Source: a virus (Duplodnaviria > Caudoviricetes). Taken from it: a stretch of 64,000 nt of DNA. How positions within the stretch are numbered: the first letter of the stretch is position 1; each line of letters begins with the position of its first letter. The DNA lies in IMG/VR virus record IMGVR_UViG_3300024272_002379. The stretch is one strand, 5' to 3'. A program made the position numbers and the translations under genes. The notes beneath the pieces were generated by a model, which made no database searches, had not been told where the DNA came from, and worked only from the letters and a program-made list of their open reading frames with translations. This document shows, one piece after another, positions 37,800-47,988 of this stretch.

Positions 37800-38570
37800 A
37801 TGTATATGATTGACAATAATGCGATTATGCAAGAAATGCTTGCTAATAATGAAAATTGTAGAATTATTCAGGATGGTGCTCAGGTAATAGCAAAACTTAG
37901 ACCTCTTGCTGTCACTCAATCATTAATTGGTAAATTATCTGGAAATGATATAGAGCAAGGAATATCGCTTATTTCACGACAGACATCTTTATCTAATCTT
38001 AAGACAGGTTTATATCGTCAATGTTCGAATACAAATTGCATAGCAAAAGATAAATGTGTTTTTAGGGCCATACCTAACGGTAACACTAATGCTGATGTTG
38101 TATTTGTAAGTAAAATGCCTACTCAATATGAAATGTGTAATATGACTAGTCATTGTGATAGAAATGGAGTATTCTTAACTTTGATTTTAAGTAAGATGAA
38201 TGTTTCAAGAGATTCTATATATTGCACCGATGTAATTAAATGCAATACCCAGTTAGATGAACAATCATATGACGAATGCATTAGAACTTATCTTGAACGT
38301 GAAATTGAATATGTTTCACCAAAAATAATCATATGCAACGGGTTATCTGTTCTTAAAGCCTGTATTAAATCAGGAATACTAAGCGACTTGTCATTGGATG
38401 TCACTTATGGTAAGATATACAATACTAGATTATCGTCAGGATTGCCAGTAAAAGCAATTGCGATATACGATTTAGATACGGTACTACAGAAAACAGGAGA
38501 AAATTACGAAAAGTGCAAGACAGAATTATGGACACAAATTCTATCAGCATTTAAAGAATTATCAGTTTAG
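37800..38570 (+). CDS. uracil-DNA glycosylase family 4-like, degenerate
   Basis: GNTNADVVFV, YCTDVIKC, LEREIEYVSPKIIICNG. Confidence 0.7.
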   Translation: MYMIDNNAIMQEMLANNENCRIIQDGAQVIAKLRPLAVTQSLIGKLSGNDIEQGISLISRQTSLSNLKTGLYRQCSNTNCIAKDKCVFRAIPNGNTNADVVFVSKMPTQYEMCNMTSHCDRNGVFLTLILSKMNVSRDSIYCTDVIKCNTQLDEQSYDECIRTYLEREIEYVSPKIIICNGLSVLKACIKSGILSDLSLDVTYGKIYNTRLSSGLPVKAIAIYDLDTVLQKTGENYEKCKTELWTQILSAFKELSV

Positions 38571-38582
38571 GAGGAAGTAAAC

Positions 38583-38891
38583 ATGGACGCAAGTAAAATC
38601 AAAATCAATGGTGCAAGAGTTCTTGTAAAAGAAGAAAGATTAAGTGACACCACTACTTCTGGCATTATTATGCCAGGTAGAGACAAACAGCAGACCAACA
38701 AGGGTAAAGTACTTATCGTAGGAGATGGAGCTATCCTTGAAAACGGAACTAAAATTCCAGTTCAGGTAAATGTAGGTGATACAGTTATCTATTCAAGTTT
38801 TAGCGGTTCTCCAATTAAGCAGGATGCTAACGATGAAGATGTATATTTAATTCTTAATGAAAGAGATATTCTGTGTGTTGTTACAGAATAA
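38583..38891 (+). CDS. groES: co-chaperonin GroES
   Basis: RVLV..TTSGII..GKV..VG.G..VGD.VI..ERDIL. Confidence 0.93.
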   Translation: MDASKIKINGARVLVKEERLSDTTTSGIIMPGRDKQQTNKGKVLIVGDGAILENGTKIPVQVNVGDTVIYSSFSGSPIKQDANDEDVYLILNERDILCVVTE

Positions 38892-38938
38892 TAATTAAGG
38901 CTCATGGAAACATGAGCCTTTTATTTTGGAGGTAAACA

Positions 38939-39247
38939 ATGACAACAATTAAACGTAAGCAGATTAATAACGTTAGTGGAGAAATTATCGAAACTAAAAC
39001 ATATGACTGCGAAGATTTTACAGATGCTGTTGAGGTTATAGAAAAACTTCGAAAAGCAGACTTAGCAAGATACACTCTTCTTATGACAAAATACCCAGAT
39101 TTATTTTATGACGATTGTCATAATTATACTTCGTATACTTTTGTTGTTGGAGATACTGAAATTTCATGTGAAATTGAAGATGCATTAGAAGATGCTTGCT
39201 TGGAATTTTTGATACCGTATCAGTTAAATTTACCGCTAGAAAAATAG
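38939..39247 (+). CDS. hypothetical protein
   Basis: RBS. Confidence 0.65.
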   Translation: MTTIKRKQINNVSGEIIETKTYDCEDFTDAVEVIEKLRKADLARYTLLMTKYPDLFYDDCHNYTSYTFVVGDTEISCEIEDALEDACLEFLIPYQLNLPLEK

Positions 39248-39255
39248 GAGGTAAT

Positions 39256-39423
39256 ATGAAAAAGTTTTTTAAGATTTTATTTCAACTTTTATTGGCGATA
39301 TTGCTTGCACTTTTACTTATTAGGATAATCAGTGGTCTTATTCGATTATCAACTATTATTTGTGTAGTATTGGTTTGTGCAGCATGTATCTCCTTATCAT
39401 GGTTCTTTTCAAGAAAGAGGTGA
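39256..39423 (+). CDS. small two-TM membrane protein
   Basis: RBS at 39256, hydrophobic. Confidence 0.6.
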   Translation: MKKFFKILFQLLLAILLALLLIRIISGLIRLSTIICVVLVCAACISLSWFFSRKR

Positions 39424-39429
39424 TAACCC

Positions 39430-40179
39430 ATGATGATTAAGATTACAGAGAAGTGCTCAATGCATTGTAAACATTGCCTAAATGATGCAACCTCTTGCGA
39501 AAATCATATGGACTTCCATACATTCAAGAAAGCAGTTGCTTTCCAGAAAATGTATGGTGGTCCTTTTTGTATTATTACAGGAGGAGAGCCAACTGAACAC
39601 CCACTTTTTGCCTATTTTATAGGTTTTATAATGGAAGAGTTGAAAGATTGTTTTATTACCGTAACAACAAATGGGGTATGGATGCAAGATAATGAATCTT
39701 TTATACGCAATATGAATGAAGTATATGGAGTACGTCTCATGTTTCAGGTAACAAATGATGAGAGGTATTATCCAACTCGCATTGACTTATCTCTTCCTGT
39801 ATTTAATTTAGACAATGTTGTAGTGTGCGAAGAGATTGCACAAATTTATCCACAAGGAAGGGCTCTATATAATAACTTACCATGGGAATCTAAAGGTAGT
39901 AAATGCTTTAACATACGTGCAATAACTCATCAAGTAGAGGTTAAGGATTTACGTATCATTATCGGAATGCTTGCAGTAAAACAAAAATTTTGCACACCTC
40001 ATATTGGTATTAATGGCTGCATAAAACTAGGTGAAAGTGATTTATGCCCAGCATGTAGTCACATTGACAAATCACATGACGAAATAATAAAAGACATATT
40101 GGAATTTCGCTGTGATGGTTGTAAACATGTAAATGATAATTTGCCACAAGAATACAGAAAGATAATAGGCGAACCATAG
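39430..40179 (+). CDS. radical SAM protein
   Basis: CSMHCKHC, TGGEP, TTNG. Confidence 0.9.
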   Translation: MMIKITEKCSMHCKHCLNDATSCENHMDFHTFKKAVAFQKMYGGPFCIITGGEPTEHPLFAYFIGFIMEELKDCFITVTTNGVWMQDNESFIRNMNEVYGVRLMFQVTNDERYYPTRIDLSLPVFNLDNVVVCEEIAQIYPQGRALYNNLPWESKGSKCFNIRAITHQVEVKDLRIIIGMLAVKQKFCTPHIGINGCIKLGESDLCPACSHIDKSHDEIIKDILEFRCDGCKHVNDNLPQEYRKIIGEP

Positions 40180-40187
40180 GAGACAAT

Positions 40188-40952
40188 ATGCAATATATAA
40201 ACGAAAGTAATATGGATAATTTTAAGAAAATAGATAGTTCTTCATGGGAAACTTTAAAGAGCAATGTCTATTTACGTCTTATAAATATCAAAACCTTAGA
40301 CAAATTTGGTGATGACATTGCTTACTTAAAATATCTTGATTTAGCTATTGTATTTTCTGTTCAGGAAAAAAGAAGTCAATCAATGCTTTCACATATGTTG
40401 ACAAATGCAGAATTACAAAGTTTTGGTATAACCGTTGAAGACGCATATAGAGAAGCGTTTGATAATACAAAGCACGACAAGAAAAGAAGAATTATGACAT
40501 TCAAAGAGAGCACATTAAAGAATAATGTCATGTATCCTGTTTTAACTTTCCCTAGTGGAATGACGTTAGGAACTGGTGGAACTTCGATAAACAATTGTGG
40601 TCTTATTGAAGATGTAGACCCTAATGACAATACGGAAAACATTCTTATGCTTTGTAATAAATACGACATTTTCGGAGCTGCATATATGATTGTACCAAGC
40701 ATTTTAGAGGAAATATATGAAAGATTCGATTATGAAAATTTTTATATAATTCCATTATCTATTCATGTAGTTATGTGCGTTAAGGGTTCTTATGTAACAC
40801 GAAATAAGAAAATTTATGAAGCTGAAGACGACTTATTAGATATGATAGAAGCATATAATGACCAAAACAATAAGTCCTGGCAAGATATACTATCGTATAA
40901 AATATATTATTATATGGGTGATGACGGTAAGAAACTATTCCTCATCAAATAG
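40188..40952 (+). CDS. DUF5688-like protein
   Basis: RLIN, LDLAIVF, FGAA, FYIIP.SIH, LS..IY.Y. Confidence 0.7.
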   Translation: MQYINESNMDNFKKIDSSSWETLKSNVYLRLINIKTLDKFGDDIAYLKYLDLAIVFSVQEKRSQSMLSHMLTNAELQSFGITVEDAYREAFDNTKHDKKRRIMTFKESTLKNNVMYPVLTFPSGMTLGTGGTSINNCGLIEDVDPNDNTENILMLCNKYDIFGAAYMIVPSILEEIYERFDYENFYIIPLSIHVVMCVKGSYVTRNKKIYEAEDDLLDMIEAYNDQNNKSWQDILSYKIYYYMGDDGKKLFLIK

Positions 40953-40966
40953 AAAGGAGTTTTAAA

Positions 40967-42160
40967 ATGTTTAATATTAGTATTGAACAAAAAGTGCTTG
41001 CTAAAGCATTAGAGTATCTTGAGCCAACCGTTGGAAAGAACGCTATGGGATTAGGAGATAATTGTGTCTCTATGAGAACAACGGGTAATGGTTCTATCGA
41101 AATGTATACCACAAATACGGTTGAGTTTACAAAATTAGAGGCTATTGTTGCAGTCGGTGGCAACACTCAGGATGTAGCTCCATATGTGGATTTTAAGAGA
41201 TTTAAAGCTATTGTTATGTCTATCCCAGCTAATGAAGTTATATCTCTTGAGGCAAACGTGAATGACTTATTAATCAATTTTGCATTAAAGAAAACACCGA
41301 TAACATTAGTTGGTTGCACAAATGGTATGATACCGTTACCAAGTAATCAGTTCCCATCTGCAAACATGATTACGGTTCCAAAACAGTTTATCAAACAGGC
41401 AGTTGAAAATGTATGTAGTATTATTACTGATAATGTTTCAGCTCCAATTTATAACTGTATGAGAATTTTTACAACAGCTATGAGCGTAGAAGTAACTGCT
41501 GTTGATATGACAAGTAAACGTACATTTGCACAAACTGGTACGACAACTAACAACAATCCTCAACAGGATATACTTATTGAAGCATCTAAATTAAAGAAAT
41601 CTCTAAAGTTATTCGAAGATTACAACGAAATGGAATTCTATATGGATGCCAATATGGTGAAGGTTGATGGAACAGATATAGTTCCTCAATATAGTCAGCA
41701 CGCTAACGGTATGATTAGTGGTATAAGTTATTATTCAAGAAGATTGAATGGAGCTTTCCCTGCTAATATTAAAGCTAATTTCACACCAATGCCTACTGAG
41801 TTTTCGGAAATAAACAAGGAAGACGTTGCTAATTGTTTCGCAAGAGTGAAAGCTATTGAAGACCAGGTATCTGGTGGTATTGTAACTTTTGAAATCAATG
41901 GAAGTAATGTTGGCATCTCAATAAATTCTTCATATGGAAATATTGAAGATAGCATTACTGCCGAAAATGCCATTGCAAAAACATTCAGAACTATGTTCAA
42001 ATATGAGAACCTTAATGATATAATGAAGGTAATTGGCACTGATACATTTGAAATAGGTGTGTTACCAAATCACCCATCAAATTATGTCATAAAACAAAAG
42101 GGTAGCGATGAAATTATGTTTACTATATCTGGAATGGCTGGAGCATCTGCTACACCTTAG
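40967..42160 (+). CDS. dnaN: DNA polymerase III beta sliding clamp, divergent
   Basis: size, three-domain pattern, SRRLNGAFP, next to dnaE. Confidence 0.75.
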   Translation: MFNISIEQKVLAKALEYLEPTVGKNAMGLGDNCVSMRTTGNGSIEMYTTNTVEFTKLEAIVAVGGNTQDVAPYVDFKRFKAIVMSIPANEVISLEANVNDLLINFALKKTPITLVGCTNGMIPLPSNQFPSANMITVPKQFIKQAVENVCSIITDNVSAPIYNCMRIFTTAMSVEVTAVDMTSKRTFAQTGTTTNNNPQQDILIEASKLKKSLKLFEDYNEMEFYMDANMVKVDGTDIVPQYSQHANGMISGISYYSRRLNGAFPANIKANFTPMPTEFSEINKEDVANCFARVKAIEDQVSGGIVTFEINGSNVGISINSSYGNIEDSITAENAIAKTFRTMFKYENLNDIMKVIGTDTFEIGVLPNHPSNYVIKQKGSDEIMFTISGMAGASATP

Positions 42161-42179
42161 AAGGAAAGGTGAGTAAAAA

Positions 42180-42704
42180 ATGGCAGTGAAGAAAACAATT
42201 GCCGTACTTGGTCCAGATGGAGTTTATCTTAGTCATTGTACATGGAATAGGGCATTAAGCCTACTGGAATCTAAAAGAGCCATTAGACTTGATGCCACTA
42301 CTGTACGTTTAAAGCAAACAAAGAAAGAACGCATAAGAAAAAAGCATGACATAATTGCTGAATCAAAAAGAATCTGTTATATTTGTAATACTCAAATCCC
42401 GATTGAGGAAACTGCAACTATTGACCACATTATTCCAAAGTCAAGGGATAGAAGAGCAGATGTATACTCAAATATGAGATGTTGCTGTAGTCGTTGTAAT
42501 AATGACAAAGGAAATATGACACTTTCTGAATATGTAGAACATATGTTAAAACACAGAGAGGATTATTTGTACATCTCAGACAAGCGGCTAAGATATCTTG
42601 AAAGATTTGCACAATGCTATGAAGAAGAATTCTATAGCCAAAAGAGGATACATATAAAAGATTTAAAGACACCATGTAAGAAGAGGAGAAGAAGGCGAAG
42701 ATGA
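42180..42704 (+). CDS. HNH endonuclease with RRXRR-like N-terminus
   Basis: CYIC..TIDHIIPKS..N..CSRCNNDKG. Confidence 0.88.
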   Translation: MAVKKTIAVLGPDGVYLSHCTWNRALSLLESKRAIRLDATTVRLKQTKKERIRKKHDIIAESKRICYICNTQIPIEETATIDHIIPKSRDRRADVYSNMRCCCSRCNNDKGNMTLSEYVEHMLKHREDYLYISDKRLRYLERFAQCYEEEFYSQKRIHIKDLKTPCKKRRRRRR

Positions 42705-45700
42705 TAGAATTTGCTCATATACATTGTCACACTAAATATTCTATTCATGATGCTATTCCCAGTCATAAAGCTTATGTTGATGCTATTTACGAACAAAATC
42801 AAAACAGCAGTAAGTATCATTGCGTTGGGTTTGCAGCGACGGACCATGGTAATATTTATGGACTAGTAAAACATTATAATGCATGTAACAATCCCGACCA
42901 TAAAGAACGAAAAACTAAGGCACTATATGGTTGTGAAGTCTATCATTGTATTGATGTTGAAAATAACCCAAATAATGACAGATTTCATCTTGTTCTTATA
43001 GCAACAACTCAAGAAGGTTTGACCAATTTATATGAAATAGTATCTCACGCAGGAACTAATATCATACACGGCAGACAAAAAGATTTTCCAGTAACAGACC
43101 TTAAATTCATGTCAACACATGGTAAGGGTATTGTTGCTTTAACTGCTTGTGCTGGAGGTATTGTTCCAACATGTATTATTAATGGTCAAGATAAAGATGC
43201 ATTAATGTACATTGATACATTGGCTAATATCTTTGATGAGGTTTATCTCGAAGTACAGCCACACGATTTCCCTGAGCAGTTAATAGTAAATAATGCTTTG
43301 GTAAGCATATCAGCTCAAACAGGATATAAGTTAGTAATGACTTCAGATAGTCATTACATCCATTCAGGTGATGACCAATATCATAATATTTTGAAAAACA
43401 TGTGTCATCAAAAATTATTCACAACAAATAACCATTTGTTTACACCAGAAGAAATGGAAGATTATTGTATTAAGAACAATATTCCATTGGAATGTATTAG
43501 TAATACAGCAGAGATAGCTAAATTAGCTAATGTAGACCCAAAACCAAAAGACCATAATGCTTTGTTACCAGTATTCCCTTGTCCACCTGGATATGATGAA
43601 TCTTCATATCTTAGAAAACTTTCGTATGAAAAGTTACAAGAGAAACTTATCAAGAACAATATTAAAAATCCATCAAAGTATATCAAGCAAATGACTTACG
43701 AACTTGAAATTATTTGTAATGCAGGTTTCGCTGGTTACTTCTTGATATTGTGGGATTGGTTTGAATGGTGTAGAGCTAACGATATTCTTTGCGGACCAGG
43801 AAGAGGTAGTGCCGCAGGAAGTATTATTTCTTATGCATTAAATATTACTAAGGTAGACCCTATTAAGAATGGTTTCTTCTTTGAACGTTTCTTAAATGCA
43901 GGACGTTTAGAGTTCCCTGATATTGATACTGATATTCCACGTAGTCGTAGAGCAGACGCTATTAAGTATTTGCTAAGTAAATACGGAGTACAAAATGTAT
44001 CTCAGATTATTACCTTTGGGGAATATAAGTTAAAAAATACAATTAAATCAATTATGTCTTTCTTAGGTTGCCCATTCCAAGAATCTAATGAGGTAACAAA
44101 AGGCATTCCTGACATGATTGATGGACACACAGTAACATATGAATTCATAGAAGATGTGGTTAATAACCCAGATAGTGAAAAATATGCTGGTTTAACTGAT
44201 GGAGAAAAGCAAAATCTTGTAAGAATTTATGACAAACTTAAAGATTTATTCCAAAAGTATCCAGTTGTATATGCTGGTGTATTAAACCTAAAGGGTTGTA
44301 TATCAAATACTGGAATTCATGCAGGTGGTGTAATTATATCGAACAAACCGATAAATCAAAATGCTGCTATCATTGACGGTGGAGATACAGCCGTTCTGCC
44401 TTTAATTCAGTTTGAAATGGCAGACTTAGATTTCTTCGGTTTCTTAAAGATTGACGTATTAGGATTAAAGACTCTTGACGTAATTAAAGCAACAATGGAT
44501 TTAGCTGGATTGGGATATGATTGGTACGATTCAGAAGATTATAGTGACCCAGCGGTATACGATATGCTTCGGGCTGGAGAAACAACAGATGTCTTCCAGA
44601 TGTCAAGTTACCAACCAACTTCCATGTTAGCTGACTTCGATGTACGTGACATTGACGGTATATGTGCGGTTAACGCTGGTAACAGACCAGGACCTCTTGA
44701 GAAAGATGCAACCACAGGAAAGTCAATGGTTGATTTGTATATCGAACGTAGAAGAACGGGTGTCATTGAAAGTTGGCATCCAGATATTGACCCAATTCTT
44801 AAAGATACAATGGGATGTATTTGGTATCAGGAACATTGTATTAAGATAGGACAGGTTATGGCAGGATACGATTTAGGTAGTGCCGATTTACGTATTCGTA
44901 AACCATTGGGTAAAAAGTTAAAAAAGAAGATACCAGAAATCAAAAACGAGTTCATTTATGGGAAACAATCAGAATATGATGAAGACCATAATGTAATCGG
45001 CATGAAGAATGAGCCGTCTCAATATTGTGTAGGTAGTCTTGCAAGAGGATACAGTCAGGAATTATCTGAAAAAGTATTTGATTCAATGGAAGCTTTTGCA
45101 AAATATGCTTTTAACCGTTCACACAGTTTCTGTTATGCCGTTGTTGGTTATAAGACAGCAGATTTGTCTTGTCATTACCCTCTTGAATTTGCTATTGCGA
45201 ACTGTACTGTTAATGAAGACCAAGAAAACATTACGTCAACATTAACATTAGCAAAGAAGCGTAAGATAGATATACTTCCGCCAGACATTAATAAATCTCA
45301 GGTAGGCTTTAGTATAGATAACGGATGTATTCGTTATGGACTTAAGGCTATCAAAGGTGTTGGTACATCTGTATTAAACTTCATTAGAGAGTATAAAAAG
45401 ATGGACTCAGTACCTTTTGCAGACTTTGATGATTATTATAATCGAATTCATGATGCTACAAATCCAGTTGTTGTTTTGCTACTTGATGCATTAAGAAATC
45501 AAACTGGTAAAAACAGTCCAAACCCTATGAAGAAAGACGTAGAGGTTGCTTTAATATTATCTGGTGCATTTGATTATTGTGAACCTAATCGTTTTGCATT
45601 GTTAAACCACTATATGATAGATATTAAGAAAGAAAAGACTGTAAAGATTATGGGTGAAGAGAATCCACGTACACTACCGTTGGATGTAAAAGAATACAAG

Positions 45701-46159
45701 CGTAAGACTAAACTTGCTCTTGAGAAACATTATATGGGTAGTTATATTTCAGAGCATCCATTAGACCCATTCCCATATGCAGATTTTGAATCAGCACAGG
45801 AAAATGAAGTTATCAGAACAACTGGTATTGTTACAGCAGTTGTTTCTAAACTTACAAAGAGAGGTAAAGAATACCTTTCTATAAAATTTAAAACAAAAGA
45901 TGATGTTGAGCGTACAGTAAATGTATTTGATGAAACCTTAACTCAAACCTTGAAACAAAATATCAAGAAGAACCAGATTATTATTGTCAAAGGTAAGGTA
46001 AGCAAAAAGTTCAATAACATTAATGCTACGGACGTATCGCCAGTAGCATTTAAAAAACAATCAATTGACGTTGAGGATATCGAAATAGAAGATAGAACAG
46101 CTAAAGTAGAACAACCAATGATTGTTGCTCAGCCAGTAGAATTTGGTAGTATTTTTTAA
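42701..46159 (+). CDS. dnaE: DNA polymerase III alpha (DnaE type)
   Basis: PHP HCHTKYS, GRGSAAGS, PDIDTD, KIDVLGL, FNRSH. Confidence 0.97.
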   Translation: MIEFAHIHCHTKYSIHDAIPSHKAYVDAIYEQNQNSSKYHCVGFAATDHGNIYGLVKHYNACNNPDHKERKTKALYGCEVYHCIDVENNPNNDRFHLVLIATTQEGLTNLYEIVSHAGTNIIHGRQKDFPVTDLKFMSTHGKGIVALTACAGGIVPTCIINGQDKDALMYIDTLANIFDEVYLEVQPHDFPEQLIVNNALVSISAQTGYKLVMTSDSHYIHSGDDQYHNILKNMCHQKLFTTNNHLFTPEEMEDYCIKNNIPLECISNTAEIAKLANVDPKPKDHNALLPVFPCPPGYDESSYLRKLSYEKLQEKLIKNNIKNPSKYIKQMTYELEIICNAGFAGYFLILWDWFEWCRANDILCGPGRGSAAGSIISYALNITKVDPIKNGFFFERFLNAGRLEFPDIDTDIPRSRRADAIKYLLSKYGVQNVSQIITFGEYKLKNTIKSIMSFLGCPFQESNEVTKGIPDMIDGHTVTYEFIEDVVNNPDSEKYAGLTDGEKQNLVRIYDKLKDLFQKYPVVYAGVLNLKGCISNTGIHAGGVIISNKPINQNAAIIDGGDTAVLPLIQFEMADLDFFGFLKIDVLGLKTLDVIKATMDLAGLGYDWYDSEDYSDPAVYDMLRAGETTDVFQMSSYQPTSMLADFDVRDIDGICAVNAGNRPGPLEKDATTGKSMVDLYIERRRTGVIESWHPDIDPILKDTMGCIWYQEHCIKIGQVMAGYDLGSADLRIRKPLGKKLKKKIPEIKNEFIYGKQSEYDEDHNVIGMKNEPSQYCVGSLARGYSQELSEKVFDSMEAFAKYAFNRSHSFCYAVVGYKTADLSCHYPLEFAIANCTVNEDQENITSTLTLAKKRKIDILPPDINKSQVGFSIDNGCIRYGLKAIKGVGTSVLNFIREYKKMDSVPFADFDDYYNRIHDATNPVVVLLLDALRNQTGKNSPNPMKKDVEVALILSGAFDYCEPNRFALLNHYMIDIKKEKTVKIMGEENPRTLPLDVKEYKRKTKLALEKHYMGSYISEHPLDPFPYADFESAQENEVIRTTGIVTAVVSKLTKRGKEYLSIKFKTKDDVERTVNVFDETLTQTLKQNIKKNQIIIVKGKVSKKFNNINATDVSPVAFKKQSIDVEDIEIEDRTAKVEQPMIVAQPVEFGSIF

Positions 46160-46230
46160 AATGTAACATTATATTGCACCCCTTCTTTGTATGTAATATA
46201 ATATTTATATGCGAAAGGAGGGGTAGTTTT

Positions 46231-46494
46231 ATGCTCAATGATGAAGTTATGGGATATATGTTAACAAATGCATATAAAAAGTCCCGATTATTGGACACTA
46301 AACGTGATAATATAAAGTCAGATATAACAGAGAAGGAAGCGTTAGAAATTTTCAATGAAATAGTAGAGATATATAAAAAGCACAATGTATCGTATCAGTG
46401 TGCATGTAGATTAAGCATTGCATTAAATGAAGCGTTTCTTTCTGGTGCAGTTGAGTTATATCAACAAGAGCAGTTAAATCCCTATCGGGATTAA
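46231..46494 (+). CDS. hypothetical protein
   Basis: RBS at 46231. Confidence 0.65.
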   Translation: MLNDEVMGYMLTNAYKKSRLLDTKRDNIKSDITEKEALEIFNEIVEIYKKHNVSYQCACRLSIALNEAFLSGAVELYQQEQLNPYRD

Positions 46495-46529
46495 CAAATA
46501 ATATTATTAGAGAAAGGAATTAGATAACA

Positions 46530-47075
46530 ATGGTAAATCCAGCAAACGTATGTATTTATGAAGGAAGAATGGTGCGAGAGCCACAATACAGCACCGTACA
46601 AATGGGACAGGACAGTGTAGAAAAAGCACTTTTCACAATCGCAGTAGATAGAGCATTAAGCTCTGCACAGCGTCAGAAAGTAAAGGCAGGAGACCAGTCT
46701 ATTAAGACAACAGACTTTATTCCGTGTTCATTACTAGGTGCTCAGGTTGCAACATTAAGACAGTATTATCCAGTTGGTAAAGCTATCCGTGTTATGGCTC
46801 ACTATACAGAGTATCAGACAAAAGATAATCAGACAGGTCAGACAAAATATGGTCATATCTTTGAAGTAGACAACATTAGCTTTACAGTACAGGATTCTAA
46901 GAATTTACAGAACAATAACGGACAGCAACAGGGTGGTTATCAGCAGCCAGCACCACAGCAGAATTATGCTCCGCAGAATAATGGTTATCAACAGCCAATG
47001 CAGAACAATTATCAGCAACCAGCTCCACAGCCAGGCGGCTTCGCAATGTTTGACGAAGGTGAGTCTCCATTCTAA
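46530..47075 (+). CDS. ssb: single-stranded DNA-binding protein
   Basis: OB fold (FTIAVDR, TDFIPC), Q-rich linker, acidic ..SPF tail. Confidence 0.92.
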   Translation: MVNPANVCIYEGRMVREPQYSTVQMGQDSVEKALFTIAVDRALSSAQRQKVKAGDQSIKTTDFIPCSLLGAQVATLRQYYPVGKAIRVMAHYTEYQTKDNQTGQTKYGHIFEVDNISFTVQDSKNLQNNNGQQQGGYQQPAPQQNYAPQNNGYQQPMQNNYQQPAPQPGGFAMFDEGESPF

Positions 47076-47086
47076 AAGGAGGATTT

Positions 47087-47437
47087 ATGGAAGGTAGTAA
47101 GATTTCAGGTGCAAAACATGGTGTTCAAACCATGTTGTATTACTACCTTTCTTCTCTTATTGGTACAACGCCAGACCCTAAGCAAGTCATTGCTACAGAG
47201 TTAGGAGCTATGATAGATTTGTCAGAAGAGCAAATTCAATATGTAAAAATGAGTATCGCTCATGATAATAAGATGCTTGAGAATCTGTCTTCCTGTGTTG
47301 CTTTATTAAGTAACATAGAGAAGACAGGTGAATTAGATTTACAATCCATTGGAATAGTAAGAAAAATTCTTGAAGTTATGCAATCTCAATGCAAAATTGC
47401 ATTAGATGAATATACCGATTTTACAGAGGAAGATTAA
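47087..47437 (+). CDS. hypothetical protein
   Basis: RBS. Confidence 0.65.
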   Translation: MEGSKISGAKHGVQTMLYYYLSSLIGTTPDPKQVIATELGAMIDLSEEQIQYVKMSIAHDNKMLENLSSCVALLSNIEKTGELDLQSIGIVRKILEVMQSQCKIALDEYTDFTEED

Positions 47438-47438
47438 A

Positions 47439-47969
47439 ATGGATAAAGCTTTGCAATGGTTAGTTCAAAGAGTTAATGAAGAAACTCAGAACTATACTAC
47501 TTTAACCAAAACAGATATTGGTGACATGGTAAATACAGTGTTTAACTTAGATGAAACTTTATACACTATAGTTAATGATGTAATGGGTAATTACACAATC
47601 AAAACAACGTATGATTATCAAAAATCAGAATTAACAGTTGCCAATATTTCTAAGACAAATCTAATATCAATATCAGAAGAAAGGCTAATCGAATATATAG
47701 AAATGAATTTCAGTAGAGAATATATTCGAGAATCTGGTTCATATATCTATCAAGTTATTCATGAAAAAGCGTATGAGCTTATTGTAAAAACATTGGATGA
47801 CCACAAAGATGATTATCTATATGAAGATACAGATGCTTTGGCAGAAGCAATATTTGAACAAATGGATTTTGAGTACGTATATGATATCATTGACAATATC
47901 CTAGAACAGCCAGTAACAATGGAAGAAAAACTGGCAGATATAGGTATGTCACAAAAAGACTTTTTATAA
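47439..47969 (+). CDS. hypothetical protein
   Basis: RBS at 47439. Confidence 0.65.
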   Translation: MDKALQWLVQRVNEETQNYTTLTKTDIGDMVNTVFNLDETLYTIVNDVMGNYTIKTTYDYQKSELTVANISKTNLISISEERLIEYIEMNFSREYIRESGSYIYQVIHEKAYELIVKTLDDHKDDYLYEDTDALAEAIFEQMDFEYVYDIIDNILEQPVTMEEKLADIGMSQKDFL

Positions 47970-47988
47970 TACAGGAAGGGAATCAAAC

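Noticed and set aside
42180-42704. IscB/OMEGA nuclease
   Set aside because: Only 174 aa, no RuvC motifs, no adjacent ncRNA
46915-47035. CAG/CAA-rich repeat
   Set aside because: Encodes the normal Gln-rich SSB linker
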